Assembly (NCBI RefSeq): GCF_963921235.1
Contig: NC_086109.1
Coordinates: 17,300,001-17,364,000, forward strand
Length of the DNA: 64,000 nucleotides
DNA from: Mobula hypostoma
Lineage: Eukaryota
Reading direction: 5' to 3'
Within the stretch, counting starts at the first letter, position 1. Every line of letters begins with the position of its first letter. Position numbers and translations under genes: made by a program. Positions 63,363-64,000 of the stretch are shown piece after piece. The notes under the pieces are model-generated. The model was not told the origin of the DNA. It saw nothing but the letters and a program-made list of their open reading frames with translations, and searched no databases.

Positions 63363-64000
63363 GCTAAGTGACTTCCCTGAGATGCTATTAAAAGGAATTT
63401 CTTGTATAGTGCCAATGAATTCTTTGCAAAGAGCTTGTATTAATAAAACACCTTTAACATAGAAAAGCATCTCAAGATTCTTAGAAACTGAAACCCAGGA
63501 TGATTTTTAAGGAGCTTTTCAAAGGAAGTGGGGAGAAAATAGTTTATAGGGAGTTGTTGGGCTTGGAGACAAGCCATCTTGAAAGCACAAGGTTTGAACG
63601 ACAGCATCAGTTAGATTTTAAATTTGAGCTCTTACTCGAGAAGGGATTAGGAACGATTGAAAATACCCTTCATATTGTCAGGAGGTCCTAAATCACATTG
63701 AAACCAATGAAGTACTTAAAAGTATATCCACTGTTCTAATGTTGAAAAACAGACTTTATCCCAGAAGCAATGTTGAGAAAATGCCCAAAACAATTAAAAG
63801 AAAATAATATTGCCCATGAAACGAATATTGAATGAGGAAAATTCTCCTTTAACTTCCTCATTGTCCCTTTAAGAACTTGTCTGGGGGGCTGCATGGAACT
63901 TCTGTTTAATATCTCTGAATAAATACTGATCCGAGAAGCAAGGACCACTGGAGTTGCAGAAAGTGAATTGAAAGAATGAATTTGAAATAATGAATTCACT

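Noticed and set aside
1..64000. Prokaryotic systems (CRISPR arrays, operons, defence islands)
   Set aside because: The sequence is eukaryotic and TE-rich, with no repeat-spacer array and no dense ORF organisation.

Overview
Eukaryotic, AT-rich, repeat-dense vertebrate DNA. The mix of CR1 and Rex1/L2 LINEs, Penelope-like elements (PLEs) and tRNA-SINEs suggests a cartilaginous fish (ray or shark); this is inference. No intact cellular CDS can be identified, and the window looks like a large intron or 5' region of a + strand gene, with a few weak exon candidates. Main contents: (1) a full-length but frameshifted Gmr1-like Ty3/gypsy LTR retrotransposon (11574-17895, - strand; gag-PR-IN-RT-RH order, tRNA-Pro PBS, PPT, GGTG TSD) plus solo LTRs; (2) Tc1, Tigger-like, hAT and Harbinger DNA transposons and MITEs with readable TIRs and TSDs; (3) many CR1, Rex1/L2 and SINE remnants, often nested. 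The most interesting item is (4), an abundant PLE-derived repeat carrying a minimal type-I hammerhead ribozyme motif (AGTC-CTGACGA-A-GGGTCTCGGCCY-GAAA-CGTC-GACT). It recurs as fold-back (inverted) insertions with 13-15 bp TSDs, and several copies break inside the ribozyme motif. All calls come from reading the sequence by eye; no database searches were run, and boundaries of degraded repeats are approximate.
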